From Octopus bimaculoides (taxonomy: Eukaryota): a DNA stretch of 64,000 bases. The position numbers and the translations under genes are program-made. The notes below the pieces were generated by a model, which had not been told where the DNA came from, did not search any database, and saw nothing but the letters and a program-made list of their open reading frames with translations. This document shows positions 50,538 to 62,611 of the stretch, piece by piece (the first letter of the stretch is position 1; the number at the start of each line of letters is the position of its first letter). The DNA lies in assembly GCF_001194135.2 (NCBI RefSeq), contig NC_068983.1, positions 157,593,674 through 157,657,673 on the forward strand, read 5' to 3'.

Positions 50538-50720
50538 AAATGTTAATGGGTACAAAAGCTGAGAGAATAATTGGATATAAGAGGAATCAGATGCAGTGTG
50601 TAAAAGAGATGACTATGCTGAAGATTGGTATCTTTCATCTGCATCACATCTCCATAAAAGGATATGATGCAGATGACCCTTTAGAAGAGGGAGATCAAAG
50701 AAAGCATGGATGATGAAGTG
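49560..50720 (+). mobile_element. Degenerate RTE-type RT fragment, split by a SINE insertion (~)
   Basis: GKWSCALCRKSVSRKFI..C..C (zinc-finger-like insert), then SMLYWMCNV and GIRCSV-type remnants on both sides of the SINE. Confidence 0.6.
50119..50538 (+). mobile_element. Young tRNA-derived SINE with (CAA)n tail and 13-bp TSD (AATGTTAATGGGT)
   Basis: TSD at 50106-50118 and 50539-50551; same family as 9959-10343. Confidence 0.92.
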
Positions 50721-53700
50721 ATGAAAACTAATCTCATGGGTAGGTCATGTAACACCGTCATCTCTTATTCAGAGTTACTGCCCTTCTAGATGGGTCGAGG
50801 ACCACATCATATGCCAACATTATATTTTTGGCATGTTTTCTCTAGCTAGATATTCTTATTGCCAGCCACTTTACAGAGAGTAATGGATGCATTTTATCAT
50901 GGCACCAGCATTAAAGAGTTTGCTTTGTCTGCAGTGTTGACTCTATTCATTCACAAACAACTTTATAAAATATGCCGGATACATCATACTGTGGCATTGT
51001 CAGAAAGCTTTTGTCTCTGGCAAGACGAGATAGTCCAGTGTTTATTCATGTGCATCAGTCAGTTGTCTTGGAAACTGTCTTGATCCTAACAGACAGAAGA
51101 GAGAGTAGTGGAAGATGCCAAAGAGTACAATGGAGCAGAATATAATGGAAGAGAACCAAAGTAATAAGAGTGAGAAAGTGAAAGAGAAGAGAGCAAAGGA
51201 AGAGACAACTACATGATGATTGAGATGACAAAAGACCATATCTTGTATCAAAGCACTGTGCTGCAGAGGACCTGTCCAAACTCAGCATGGCAAATCAGAC
51301 ATAAAAATGACGATGATGGTGGCACTGGAGACTGGAATATATAATATCTGTAATTGGGTCTCTCCTGACTAATACATTTATATTATGTCCCAGTACATTA
51401 CTCACCCCTCTCCTCATTATTACATCCTCACTTTTCTATAAACATGCTTCCCTACAACCACTTTACCTCTCTCTCATCATTTTGTCTGTGTAACAAGGAA
51501 TGACATCATATTAGTTCTGTTCATATTCTATCTCCATTTACCATCACTTCTTTATTACTACCCAATGCACTGTCTCTCTGTCTCTCTCACACACACACAC
51601 ACAAACACATCACTCCTTCCCTTATCAGCCATTGTTGATATTTACTTTTCTTCTTCCCATCACCTTCTTATTTTCAGTACAGGTCGCCGTTGACTAACGA
51701 CCTATCCAACTTATGTCTGATTGATTTTACGATGTTTGATGCACCAGCTCACGGCAGCAATAATAAATAGTCCGGTTGAAATCTAATGGGTTTAATTCCT
51801 TAGAAATTAATCTGTCTACGGGTGATGCCATCTAACAAACGCTTCCCCTAGGTTTGGTTACTGATCGCCACTATGGTTATACCAAGTGTTGGATGAATAT
51901 CCTGTTGCGGAGACATCGAGGCAACCTCGTATTTGTTTAAGATGATTGCTTGAGACTTTGAAATTTTTGACTAACGCCAGTATAATAATATAATACAAAA
52001 TGCTGTGTGTGACTTTTATCTGAGAATGTAAAAATATAAAACAAAGTTATGTAGACCTACAGGCTGATTTACAGCCAAATCAACTTACAACCAGTCAGTC
52101 AGAACCAATTGTGGTCATAAGTTGACGACAACCTGTAGAAAATCCAGCTCCAAAAAAGCCTTGTGATACCAAGAGAATGGGCACCATGATACCAAAAGCC
52201 TCATGATACCAAAAGAGAATGGGCATTGAGGTAGATCTGGCCACCCCCGTTAACAGGGACAAAACCCAGATTTAAAACACTGGATGATGATGATGATGAT
52301 GTTGTACAGGTTTTAGCTCTGGTCTGTTCACACAACTGACTGCATTAAGTCACCATGAATCCCAGTATATCTTTCATGTATTTAGTTACAAGTTGTACAG
52401 AGTTATCTATTTACTCTCTTCATAATGAATATGATAATATACCTAATATTCTGAAGTTGTAAGGACCCTAAATGGCAGTCCGAATTTTAGAAAGATTTCT
52501 CTTTCTCATTACAAATCGATAGATTAAAAACTATGAAGACTTGGTTATTTATTACAAGATGATCAAAATAAAACCCAACCTAAAATTTTTATGAGATGCT
52601 TTTAAGGAAAGCTACCACAACAAAGCACTTATGAACATTAAGTATATAAAGAATTTACTGATTTCTTACATTGGCACAATGTATAAATTTGAAGTGGTGG
52701 TGGTGGTGGTGGGGCTGGTTGATTAATTTATCTTTGAGAAATGAAAGACAAAGGAAACTGTTGTGAGATTTGAACCCAGAATGTAATATTCATAAGCAAA
52801 GAATATAACTGACTATCATTATGCTGGCCTTTTGTTACTTTCTTCTTACTAAATTTGTAGGCTTTGTGGCCTCTTTCTTCTTAATTTTTAAACTGAACTG
52901 AAGCTAAGATTACTAGTTAACTTATAGTTATATACTTGCTTATGGCATAAGCTCTTTCAGCAGACATTATTTATCCAAAACAGCTTTACTTCAACGATAA
53001 GAAAAGAAGTAGTGTTTTCAACAGGAAGTTGACACAAGACACAAATGACAACCCTCCACCCCAATAATAGATGCTAGCAGGAGTTAGAATGTTTATACAA
53101 TAGAATAAGTTTGCATGCTGTCAGATGAACTGAATTCTATTTAACAATTTAAGGAGGGTCTTCTATGGAAAAGAAAGGAGGAAATGTGTGTGCCTGCTAA
53201 AATAAGACTGAAAAGAGCAAAAATAGTAAGGAAATGAATGAGATGAAATAGAGATGATGGTAGACAGAAAGTGAAAGAAGTGTGCATGTGTGTGTATGCG
53301 TGCTGTAGTGTATGTGAGGGTGTGAGTGCATGCATATATGTGTCTGTGTATTTGTTTACATTTGTACTTCTCCAAAAATTGCTCAACTATGGGCAGTACT
53401 GCAAAATTAGTTGATAATGGCAGTGCTGCAGTTAATCTAGCAGCCCTTCTAATATCGGAATTGACAACGTTCAGTATACACTTACTATGCCTCATTTATA
53501 AAGCATTGGTTGGTCAAAGCCCAAAGTCAAAGACACTTGTCCAAGGTGAAATCACACATCCATGCTATTTCCTTTGTTATTTTATGAAAATATGCTGTTG
53601 CATAACTTATATGACTGACCTGAATGGTCAGAAGGAAGTGAATTGTCATTCAATGATGACCATTAAAAAAGTGCTTTCTTGTCTTACATGGTCAAGGTAA

Positions 53701-53754
53701 CATGGGTACAGTTGTAAAATATATAAAAAATATATTTTATGCTGTTAAAATGTT

Positions 53755-54121
53755 ATACATACTGGTGCTCTTGTGCGGGTGGCACATAAGATGTACCATC
53801 TTGAGCGTGACCGTTGCCAGTACCGCCTGACTGGCCTTTGTAGGGTTTTCGAGCGAGATCGTTGCCAGTGCCCCTGGACTGGCTCTTGTGCGGGTGGCAC
53901 GTAAAAGACACCATTTCGAGCGTGGCCGTTTTCGTGCGGGTGACACGTAAAAGCACCCACTACACTCTCTGAGTGGTTGGCGTTAGGAAGGGCATCCAGC
54001 TGTAGAAACTCTGCCAAATTAGATTGGAGCCTGGTGTTGCCATCCGGTTTCACCAGTCCTCAGTCAAATCGTCCAACCCATGCTAGCATGGAAAGCGGAC
54101 ATTAAACGATGATGATGATGA
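53755..54121 (+). mobile_element. Young RTE 3'-end copy with (GAT)n tail
   Basis: Near-identical reverse complement of 55640-55918. Confidence 0.88.
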
Positions 54122-54552
54122 TATGTATGTGTGTATAGTTAAATCAAATAAACGAACATTAAAAATAACAGCAATAAACAACAACATGGAATGTATTAGC
54201 TTGATGTTCAGTAAGAAGAGAGAGCTTTTGAATATTTGAGCATAGCTCTTCATCAGAGAGGAAAACAGAAAAGGCCAAAGGGAAAAAAATTACCAACAAC
54301 ACATGTGCAGTTACAGAGAGAAGTGGGGGGGATATGGATGTTAAACAATAATGATGATGTATGTATGTAAGTTATGTATGTATGTATGTATATATCTTCA
54401 TCATCCTCATCATCATCATCATCTTTTAATGATTAATGATTTGTAGGTATGTGGTATTTCGTTATACAACCATAATACACTATAAAATATATTAGATGTT
54501 TTTATAAGTCAATACCACACTCTACTGCATTAGCAGTGCTTTCTTTCATTAT

Positions 54553-55166
54553 TTTAAGGTGATTTCTACAGATATTCTATAGAAATTATAGCCAGCAGTG
54601 ATTTTTTGCTACAACGTTTCATATTGAGACGTCAGATGTAAACAAACAATGAGACTGAAGACAAAATTGGGTAATGAGTGTATATGCTATATTCTGGGGT
54701 GGTTTGCCCCTTCATCAGCACTCATCTAACCCATTCTTACCTCCGAACATATTGCTTATATAGCCACCGCATCCAGTGGTGTTAAGTTATTGGATATACC
54801 AATTTACATATTAAACACATTCTTAGAGCAGGTACGTAAAGACTAATGGTTTGTAGGTATGTGGTATTTCATTATGCAACCATAATATACTAGAAAGTAT
54901 ATTAAATGTCTTTATAAGTCAATACCATGTTCTACAAGTCTTTACATACCAGCTCCAGAAATGTGTTTAATATGTAAATTGGTATATCCAATAACATAAT
55001 AACGCTGTATGCGGTGGCTATATAAGCAATGTGTTCGGAGGCGAGAATAGGTTAGATGAGTGCTGATGAAGGGGCAAAAACTTCTGAAATATGACATATA
55101 CACTCATTACCTATTTTTGTCTTCAAACTCACTGTTTGTTTAGCATATCTGTAGAAATAACCTTAA
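54553..55166. repeat. Large degenerate inverted repeat with Penelope-like ctgatgaagg motif
   Basis: 54702-54821 pairs with 54960-55080 and 54553-54695 with 55085-55166; an ~85-bp direct repeat lies at 54440/54851. Confidence 0.75.
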
Positions 55167-55390
55167 CAAAATCATCTTTTAATGTCCATCATCCATGCTG
55201 GCGTTGTGCCCCAATGTCCGGTTTGGCATGGTTTCTATGGCTGGATGCCTTTCCTTATCCGACCAGTTTACAAAGTGTATTGGTTACTTCTTTTGTAGCA
55301 CTAACACTCATGAAGATTAAGATTCCTCCAACTGAGTGGAGCTACAGTAGAGAGGAAGATGGTTTTTTGCTAGAAGATGATAGGTTAGAG

Positions 55391-56605
55391 CAGGGGTCCT
55401 CAACTGGGGTCCATGGATACAATATAATAAATTGAGGGCTACAGTAATTTTTCAGGGGCAATGAAAAAATCATGCTTCAGACCAGAATTTATGTGGCTAT
55501 ACTTCTACAATATACAAAATATTTTAACAACTTTTATACAAGTCCTAATAATATTTAATTAAAAAGATACAATAGCATTTTTAAAACATTGAATGGTTAT
55601 GGAGGATCCACCCAAGTAAAATAGGAATCAAAGGAGTTCATCATCATCATCATCATCATCGTTTAACGTCTGCTTTCCATGCTAGCATGGGTTGGACGAT
55701 TTGACTGAGGACTGGTGAAACCGGATGGCAACACCAGGCTCCAGTCTGATTTGGCAGAGTTTCTACAGCTGGATGCCCTTCCTAACGCCAACCACTCAGA
55801 GAGTGTAGTGGGTGCTTTTACGTGTCACCCGCACGAAAACGGCCACGCTCGAAATGGTGTCTTTTATGTGCCACCCGCACAAGCCAGTCCAGGGGCGCTG
55901 GCAACGATCTCGCTCGAAANNNNNNNNNNNNNNNNNNNNNNNNNNNNNNNNNNNNNNNNNNNNNNNNNNNNNNNNNNNNNNNNNNNNNNNNNNNNNNNNN
56001 NNNNNNNNNNNNNNNNNNNNNNNNNNNNNNNNNNNNNNNNNNNNNNNNNNNNNNNNNNNNNNNNNNNNNNNNNNNNNNNNNNNNNNNNNNNNNNNNNNNN
56101 NNNNNNNNNNNNNNNNNNNNNNNNNNNNNNNNNNNNNNNNNNNNNNNNNNNNNNNNNNNNNNNNNNNNNNNNNNNNNNNNNNNNNNNNNNNNNNNNNNNN
56201 NNNNNNNNNNNNNNNNNNNNNNNNNNNNNNNNNNNNNNNNNNNNNNNNNNNNNNNNNNNNNNNNNNNNNNNNNNNNNNNNNNNNNNNNNNNNNNNNNNNN
56301 NNCCATACCAGCGCAATTGTCTCTCTTGCACGCCACAACTGATGCTTCTAATGTTCAGCTTTTCTCTCAAGATACTTACACTCTGACGGGTATTCACATT
56401 GACATTACACATCCAACGGAGCATACTGGCTTCATTCCTTGCGAGCTTACGTATGTCCTCAGCAGTTACAGCCCATGTTTCACTGCCATGTAGCATGGTT
56501 GTTCGTACGCATGCGTCATACAGTCTGCCTTTTACTCTGAGTGAGAGTCCCTTTGTCGCCAGCAGGGGTAAGAGCTCTAGATCAAAAGATGGTTGAGAAC
56601 CCCTG
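55391..56605. mobile_element. hAT MITE (CAGGGG...CCCCTG TIRs, 8-bp TSD GGTTAGAG) interrupted by an RTE LINE
   Basis: TIRs at 55391-55404 and 56592-56605; identical 8-mers at 55383-55390 and 56606-56613. Confidence 0.88.
55640..56580 (-). mobile_element. 5'-truncated RTE LINE nested in the hAT MITE
   Basis: MLHGSETWAVTAEDIRKLARNEASMLRWMCNV...CGVQERQLRWY frame is intact up to the gap, followed by the 3' UTR and (GAT)n tail. Confidence 0.88.
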
Positions 56606-56784
56606 GGTTAGAGTATGAAAGAAGGGGCAGGCCAGCACACAAACATGTATAGTATGATATGTACAAATGAATACTAAAAGAAAGTGAGAAAGGAAATTGA
56701 GTGAACAATGAAGTGTAGTGAGAGAAAAGACAAAGAATCCAAGGTTAAATAGTGAAGAAGCATTTAAAATGTATATGATAGTAC

Positions 56785-56936
56785 CTTTCATCTCATTGAG
56801 AATACTTTGTACCATATAGATATCATTTGTTGCATACAAGTCTAAAAACGTTTTTAAGTTGTAATGCTTAGGCTTGAGAGAACGGTTTTCTTTTTTACTT
56901 TGCTCAACACGGACTTTTAAGTTACCATATTTTTCA
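56785..56936 (-). CDS. JmjC gene exon 2: EKYGNLKVRVEQSKKENRSLKPKHYNLKTFLDLYATNDIYMVQSILNEMK
   Basis: Acceptor tttctatttcag; donor g|gtact; 152 nt, phase 2 to phase 1. Confidence 0.88.
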
Positions 56937-57835
56937 CTGAAATAGAAAAAGAATATTACAATAATTAATTAAAATTCTAAGATAGATAAATATTAATAAG
57001 CCTATATAGATACATGCGTGCATACTAGATGAGTTGTTATAGTGTCAAATAACAAGTACAATGTTAATTCATTTGATCTTTGAGTTAGGTTTGTAGCCAA
57101 AGCACATCGAGTTAAAAAAAATAAAAAAAGTAAAATTAGATATTGCAAACTCTGGCAGAACAAATGATACCAAATATTAGCTTTGACAGTTGACAAGGAT
57201 TTAGTTTTAAAACTTTTTTTATTATTTTCAAAAACAAATCAAATCACAGTTAAACAAATATCTAATTCAGAAACACAACACATTAAGCAAGCTGGTGGGC
57301 TAGCACAGACTATTTACATTATTTAAAACCAGAACTCAAGTTTTCAAATATCCAGCTGATGTCAACCTGAATTTCATCCATGACATTTTTTTAAAATTAT
57401 TAATTGCTACAAAGGTAAAGAAAAAAAGATTATAACTGATTTACTGATTCTAAACAGATTTTAAAAATTAATTAAACCTATGACAATGCATAATCTGTAT
57501 GGAAAATTTCAGTGGTCATTATATTACCTTGAATTCCCATATGTATCTTTTATCTTTTACTTGTTTCAGCCATTGGACTATGGCCATACTGGGGAACTGC
57601 ATTGAAGGGTTTTGTTAAATAAATCAACCCCAATACTTCTTTTTTAAAACTTGGCACTTATTCTATTGGTCTTTTTTGCTGAGTTAAAGAGATATAAATA
57701 AATCATCACCTGTTGACAAGTAGTGGTGAGGGATAAACACAAACACACACACAGATGTGCACATGCACAAGCACACACACACACACAATAAGCTTCTTTT
57801 GGTGATTTGCTGTGTCTGAGATGGTATGTTGAGCT

Positions 57836-57931
57836 AAGTGAAATCGCACTCAAGCGAAGTGAAATCGCACTCAAGCGAAGTGAAATCGCACTCAAGCGAA
57901 TTGAAATCGCACTCAAGCGAAGTGAAATCAC
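57836..57931. repeat. 21-bp minisatellite (AAGTGAAATCGCACTCAAGCG) x ~4.5
   Basis: Contiguous near-perfect units with no spacers. Confidence 0.92.
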
Positions 57932-59969
57932 ACCTGTGCTGGTGTCATGTAAAAGGCACCCGTGCTAGTGACACACAAAAGACAATGTAGAGTAGTTGGC
58001 ATTAGGAAGGGTATCCAGCCATAGAAATCACGCCAAAATAGACTGGAGCTTGGTGTGTGTGCATATATATATGTAGACGGTTGAAAAACTCCAGTGTCAG
58101 GGTTTCTACAGCTGAATGCCCTTCCTAACGTCAACCACTATACTGTGTATATTGGGTGCATTTTTCATGCGATTGACACTATTGAGGTCACCATGTTGCT
58201 TGCAAGTCAAAAACCCCAGGGAAAGAGGATGCTTCTTCTGTAAAATAGATGGGGTTAAGGTATGAGGGAAGAGGTTGGAGTAGAGTAGGTTCTTGGTGTA
58301 GAGGAGCTACATGGCTACTCACATTTAGGAGAGAGAGTGAGAATGATCTCCAAGGAAATAGTGGTGGTGAGGTGTTCAGGTGGCATCAGTCGTACCAGGG
58401 ACAGTAGTGGGTGGGAGGATTGGGTGTTTGCAAGAGTGTATGGGGGAGAGTGCGGTAGGCAACATCTGGAAGGATTGAGGGGAGAGGATGCAAGAGTTGA
58501 GGAGGCTATAGGAATACTAGCAGTATGGTAGAAATGATACTGTTGACAGGGAAAAGATATATCTACAGAGATTGATAGACAGCTAGATACATAAATATTA
58601 TACACACACACACACACATAATCATCATTTAATGTCCACCTTCCATGCTGGCATGGGTTGGACTGTTCAACAGGATCTGGTGAAATGCAGGACTGTGCCA
58701 AGCTATAATGTGTGCTTGGCATGTTTTCTAAGGCTAGATACTTTTTCTAATGCCAACCATTTTACAGAGTGTACAGAGTACTTATTTTGAGACACTAGCA
58801 TCAGTGAGGTTGCCAAGTAACTTGCAAAACAAGACCCCTTGATTGAGTGGAAGCTTAGTAGAGAGGAAGGTAGCTTTATGCCAGGTGTTAAGAGGTTAAA
58901 CTACGATAGAAAGACAGGAACAGGCAGCTTGCTACAGCGGAGATACATGTCTAGCTCCATTACATAAGGGTAGGTGGGAATAGCTGGAGAAACAAAGATG
59001 GTGGTAACAAGGTGTCAAGGTGAACTCTCAAGGATAAGAAGGTGAATATAAGAGAGAATAGGGACAGGTTTGGAAAGGGTGAGTGGGTAAGTTTGCAACA
59101 GTGTGAGAAGAGAGAGATAGATAGTTAGAGAAGTGGTTAGAAGTGAATGCAGTGAATGGTCAACAAGAGAGGAGGTGTAGATCATCATCATCATCATCAC
59201 CACCACCACCACCACCACCACCACCNNNNNNNNNNNNNNNNNNNNNNNNNNNNNNNNNNNNNNNNNNNNNNNNNNNNNNNNNNCATCATCATCATCATCA
59301 TCATCGTTTAACATCCGCTTTCCATGCCAGCATGGGTTGGACGATTTGACTGAGGACTGGTGAACCAGGTGGCTGCACCAGACTCCAATCTGATCTGGCA
59401 GAGTTTCTACAGCTGGATGCCCTTCCTAACACCAATCACTCCGAGAGTGTAGTGGGTGCTTTTACGTGCCACCGGGATGAAGGCTAGTCAGGCGGTACTG
59501 GCAAGGGCCACACTCAACATGGCGTTTTTTACATACCACCTGCACAGGAGCCAGTCCAGCAGCACTGGCAATGACCTCGCTCAAATGATTTTCTAACATG
59601 CCACCGGCACGAGTGCCAGTAGGCAACGCTGGTAACAATCACGCTTAAATGGTGCTATTTACGTGCCACTACCACGGAAGCCAGACAGCTGCTCTAGCAA
59701 TGATCACGCTCAGACAGTGCTGTTAGTGCTCCACTGGCACAGGTGCCGGTCATTGAATATGGTTCATCAAATATGGTTCAATTACGATTTCAATTTCACT
59801 TGCCCCAACAGGTCTTCGCAAGCAGAGTTTAGTGTCCAATGAAAGAGAGGTTGGCATGGGCGCCAGTCGTCGAATTTGGTTGATGGTAAATATTAGTTTT
59901 CCGGGGTGGGGGTTGGGGGGAAGATAAAAAAATTAGGAGTGACTCAGGAGGAGGAGGTGATGAGTGACA

Positions 59970-60006
<37 letters not shown>

Positions 60007-61534
60007 GATGACAAAGATGGAGGTTTGAGGTATGTGGAAATGGATACAGTGAGCAATGATCTAGTGGTGGGAGCACATTAGTGGTAGATTTGTGTGGGTG
60101 TTGAAAATGATAGCAGATATGAGAGGGTGCTAAAGATAAGGTATGGTGGTCCTATGATGTAGTTCAGAGGAGACGAAGAGAGTAATTGGTGGCACAGAAA
60201 GAGAGGATAAATAGAAAATAAAGTGGGAAGAGATGATACTGAGAATGAGGGATGCATGACAAAAAGTGGTTCCAAGGAGATAACTGATAACACACGAAGG
60301 GATGATACATATGCAATTCTGATCTCATCTTATCACACCAGCTGAATGAATAGTACTGTAGTTAGAAGAGTGATGGAGGGATGGGTGTTAGGATGATGAA
60401 AAGTGAGGAAGGCTTGACAGAAACAGATAGGGAGCAGGCTTATAGACATAAACATAGTGCTTCTAGAACCTCACTTCTGTTATGGCTGATGCAAATCATC
60501 ATCATCATCATCGTCGTCGTCATCATTGTTTAACGTCCACTTTCCATGCTGGCATGGGTTGGACATTATGACTGAGAGTTAGTGAGCCAGAAGGCTGCAC
60601 CAGGCTCCAATCTGATCTGGCAATGTTTCCTTTGAGAATTGATAAAATAAGTACTAGCTGAACACTGGGGTTGATGTAATCAACTTAAACCCACCCTCCC
60701 CCGAACATGCTGGCCTTGTGCTAAAATTTGAAACCATTATTCATCATCACCATCATTTAGCATCCATTGTCCATGCTGGCATGGGTTGGATGGGTTGATC
60801 AGGGCTGGTAAACTGGAAGGTTGCACCAGACTCCAGTCTGATTTGGCATGGTTTCTACGGCTAATGCCAACCACTCTGAGAGTGTAATGGGTGCTTTTAC
60901 ATGCCACCAGCATGGGTGCCATTTGCATGATACCAGTATCTTCCACAACTGCAACTTTACTTGGCTTGATGGGTCTTCTTCTGAAGCATGACATAATACC
61001 AAAGGTCTTGGTCATTGCCTCCATGGGGCCCAACACTTGAAAGGAGCTTTTCTTGTACTGCTGGCATCAGGTACTTTGCCTTCTTGCCTCTGTGAGGCCC
61101 AACGCACAAAAGGTGCTTTTTACATTTATGTATTTCCTTTCTCTGTCGCTATCACTTCACTCCTTGTCTCTACAATTAAGAGAGTGAAGGTGCGTGGCTC
61201 AGTGGTCAGGGCTATTTGGCCCATTATCGTAAAATCATTAGTATGATTCCCAGCAGTGCACTGTATTCATGAGCAAGGTTCTCTACTTCACCTTGTTGCA
61301 AAGACGAAATAATTGCTATTCCATCGTGTACTCGCCCTCAACTCATGCTCAATTTGATAACAACAGCCTGTGCATCGGTGTTTATCTGAGGGCTTGGCCT
61401 CTAGATCTGTGAGACCCACAAATGCTGCTGTTAGGACCAGATTAACACCCATAGTTACCCTAACTAATGTGTGTATGTATCTATGTGTCAACTTTTCTTT
61501 CGATCTATGCATCTACTTTTCTTGTGATGTGATA

Positions 61535-61697
61535 AACATTTAAAAACAGGAAACGAATGCCGTCACCACTCACCGTCTCTTTCACTCTCTCTTTCTCTCT
61601 TACTTCCTCTCTGAAACATTTAAAACACAAAATGAACGCCATCACCACTCACAGTCTCTTTCTTACTCTCTCTCTTTCTTTCTTACTTCCTCTCTGT
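61535..61697. repeat. Diverged ~82-bp tandem duplication in JmjC-gene intron 1 (~)
   Basis: aaacattt...caccactcac...ttacttcctctctg occurs twice in succession. Confidence 0.7.
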
Positions 61698-61906
61698 CCT
61701 CATCTCTCTCATTTTGCCACTCACTTCTTCCTTTGAAGTAAGTGTGGCACATACCACAAGTATGTACAAAAAGAACAAGTTGGTGTATTAATATTATTGA
61801 TTAAAGAAAACAGCTAGTAAAATATACATTTGATTAAAAATTAAGAGAAATCTTTTCCATAAAAAAAAAAGAAGTTCATTATTTTAAACATTTTCATATG
61901 ACTTAC

Positions 61907-62157
61907 CCTAAATATTCATCAGTCCAAATATTCAACATAGGAAAATTGATGTCAGTAAGAACATTTTTCATCAATAATGGTAATTCAGGTTTAACAAAGT
62001 CATTATAAAATTCTGTTGTACTTGGAAAGTAGGAAAGATATTCCATCTGCTGTCCATTTTCAGAATGCTTTCCAAGTGGGAGCAGTTCTTCAGCCGAAGA
62101 AAATGCAAACAAGATTAACAAAAGATATATCAGGTGATACAGTTTCAATCCAGCCAT
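61907..62157 (-). CDS. JmjC gene coding exon 1: MAGLKLYHLIYLLLILFAFSSAEELLPLGKHS...FYNDFVKPELPLLMKN...WTDEYL(G)
   Basis: Acceptor ttttcattag with exon start at 62194; ATG at 62157; donor gg|gtaagt at 61907/61906; signal peptide followed by the typical cupin-8 N-terminus (F...V....P......WTDEYL). Confidence 0.88.
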
Positions 62158-62561
62158 ATTTATTTACTTCATACAGCTGCTATCATATCCGGTTCTAATG
62201 AAAAGAAAATAGATTTCATAAATTTTAATACAATCTTTGCATAGATAATTCTGTGCATTACATAGCAATATACAGAAATATAGTAAACATGATATTTCCA
62301 GCATAATGAAAGTGCAGTTTAATTAAAGCATACATATACATATATTTTCAACCTGAGTATTTTGATAACCACAAAACAATGCAAAGTTCTGCAAAACATG
62401 TTGTAAGCATGTCTATGTGGTAAGAAACCTGTTTCCCCATTATGTAATTTGGGGTTCAGTTCCACTGCTTGACACCTTGGGCAAGTGTCTTCTACTATAG
62501 TCCTGGGCTGACCAAGACCTTGTAAATGGATTTGGTTGATGGAAACTGAAAGAAGCCTATT

Positions 62562-62611
<50 letters not shown>

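Larger units (their letters stand above)
36636..62157 (-). other. Gene span: 398-aa signal-peptide JmjC/cupin-like 2OG-Fe(II) oxygenase with C-terminal EF-hand, complement join(62157..61907,56936..56785,49259..49090,43687..43527,42064..41900,38917..38821,36836..36636)
   Basis: Seven GT-AG exons (251+152+170+161+165+97+201 = 1197 nt = 398 aa + stop) with all phases matching. N-terminal hydrophobic signal peptide; HxD...H facial triad (LHFDD ... GDCLYIPHGWYHQ); EF-hand loop DSNHDGRLSWNE. Confidence 0.9.

Noticed and set aside
51670-51990. Possible Tc1 remnant (ELNPLDF-like peptide on the minus strand)
   Set aside because: Only one short motif, with no TIRs or supporting DDE context.
57836-57931. 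CRISPR-like regular repeat and ISLRLSA-repeat ORF
   Set aside because: The units are contiguous with no unique spacers, there are no cas genes, and the context is eukaryotic. It is a minisatellite.
1342-62157. The three genes as a functional cluster or novel system
   Set aside because: There is no shared pathway evidence, the orientations are mixed, and neighbouring animal genes are usually unrelated. Conserved synteny plus co-expression across molluscs would be needed.
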